Shown: positions 62,873 to 64,000 of the stretch, one piece after another | Numbering within the stretch: position 1 is the first letter of the stretch | How the letters are laid out: every line of letters begins with the position of its first letter | Assembly (NCBI GenBank): GCA_964106645.2 | Contig: OZ067038.1 | Length of the DNA: 64,000 nt | DNA from: Podarcis pityusensis | Lineage: Eukaryota | Direction: 5' to 3' (one strand) | The notes under the pieces: model-generated | What the model was told of the DNA's origin: nothing | Seen by the model: only the letters and a program-made list of their open reading frames with translations | Database searches by the model: none | Position numbers and translations under genes: made by a program

Positions 62873-64000
62873 ATAATTCTTTAAGGTAGGTGGATTACAT
62901 ATCCTCCAACATTCCTCAGATGAAAATAGGGATATTTCTAACTCCCCCCAACTCCTTGATACCTTATTTTTATCCCAACCCTTCTGCAGAACATTTCCAA
63001 TCAGAAGAAGGGCACGTGCCCCCATCACTTCACCAACGGGGCACAGCACACATGCCCTTCAGCATCCCAAGAAGACCCCTTAATCCTGATTTTATTTTAT
63101 TTATTTTATTCTTTGGTAGATTTACAGAAAGAAAAAACATACCAATAAATAAATGTTAGAAAGAGGCAAGCATAGATGAAAGCTTTTTTAAATCAAGACT
63201 CCTTGTGCTCCACTCCCCCTTTTTCCCCACCCAGGGCAGCCCTGCCCTCTGCTTGCCCCTTAGAACTGGCACGTCACATGGGACTAGGCCTCCTCTTTCT
63301 TGTCTGCTCTCCAGCAGCTGCTAAGAGCTGCCCAAGGGAGGAGACCAGCAACATCAGCCATGGAGAGGCCATGAAGAGGCAACAGGATGCTCCCTTGCTG
63401 CTGCTGCCATTCAGGATAAGTGCCAGCTCATCCTCCTCCCTGAGCTTGGTGGTGGAAGCACCGGCTGGGGAAATAGGGACATTCCGGGATCAAATCTGAA
63501 GCCAGGGTGGCTTTCATAATTCTGGGGCAGTCCCTGGAAAATCGGGGCATTTGGAGGGTATAGGATTAATAGGCACATGCTTATGAGGTTATACCATAGG
63601 AGGCATCTTAGGTAACTCTAAGCACACAGTTTGCTTCAATAACATTTAAATGCATAGTGGGTGGTACTGGGGCTGGAGGAGGCCACTAATTTAAATTCAC
63701 TTTTCTTATCAAAGCAGAACTAAATGCCCTAAAACAGGCCAGTGACACAAGATCTTGTTCCTCTGATTTACCTTACTTTAAACCACATCATCTATCTTGA
63801 GTAGAATTGGAAACTCTTTTTTAATGAAAAAGATCACATTTTGGATTGAACGAACAAGCAATGTAGCACCATCTCCTTTGTGAAGTGACATCTTGCTTTT
63901 CTTTGATCCATTAATAATCAGAAATGAGTCATTACATACAGAAAACTCAAATAAACCAACAAAGACTTCTTATAAAGTCATAAAACCTTCATAATCTATA

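Overview
Vertebrate nuclear DNA, almost certainly a squamate and most likely a lacertid lizard, judged from the repeat families present (Sauria SINE, Squam3-like tRNA SINE, BovB, lacertid-type L2/CR1 tails). I can support no host protein-coding exon: every long ORF in the track is either retrotransposon-derived or a chance ORF. The window looks like a long intron or gene desert. It is a mosaic of transposon relics (L1, RTE, BovB, CR1, L2, Penelope, solo LTRs, Tc1/mariner-pogo, hAT, Harbinger-like and possibly Helitron-like non-autonomous elements, many with intact TIRs and TSDs), microsatellites, and repeat-free TAAT-rich blocks that may be conserved enhancers (inference only). The most notable observations are: (i) an L1 that keeps both ends but has lost its middle, leaving an in-frame ORF1 coiled-coil::ORF2 C-terminus fusion; (ii) a minimal hammerhead-ribozyme motif in a Penelope fold-back; (iii) several precisely resolvable nested insertions. 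I do not see firm evidence for a new biological system. Family names are from pattern recognition, not database searches, and coordinates without a TSD are approximate.
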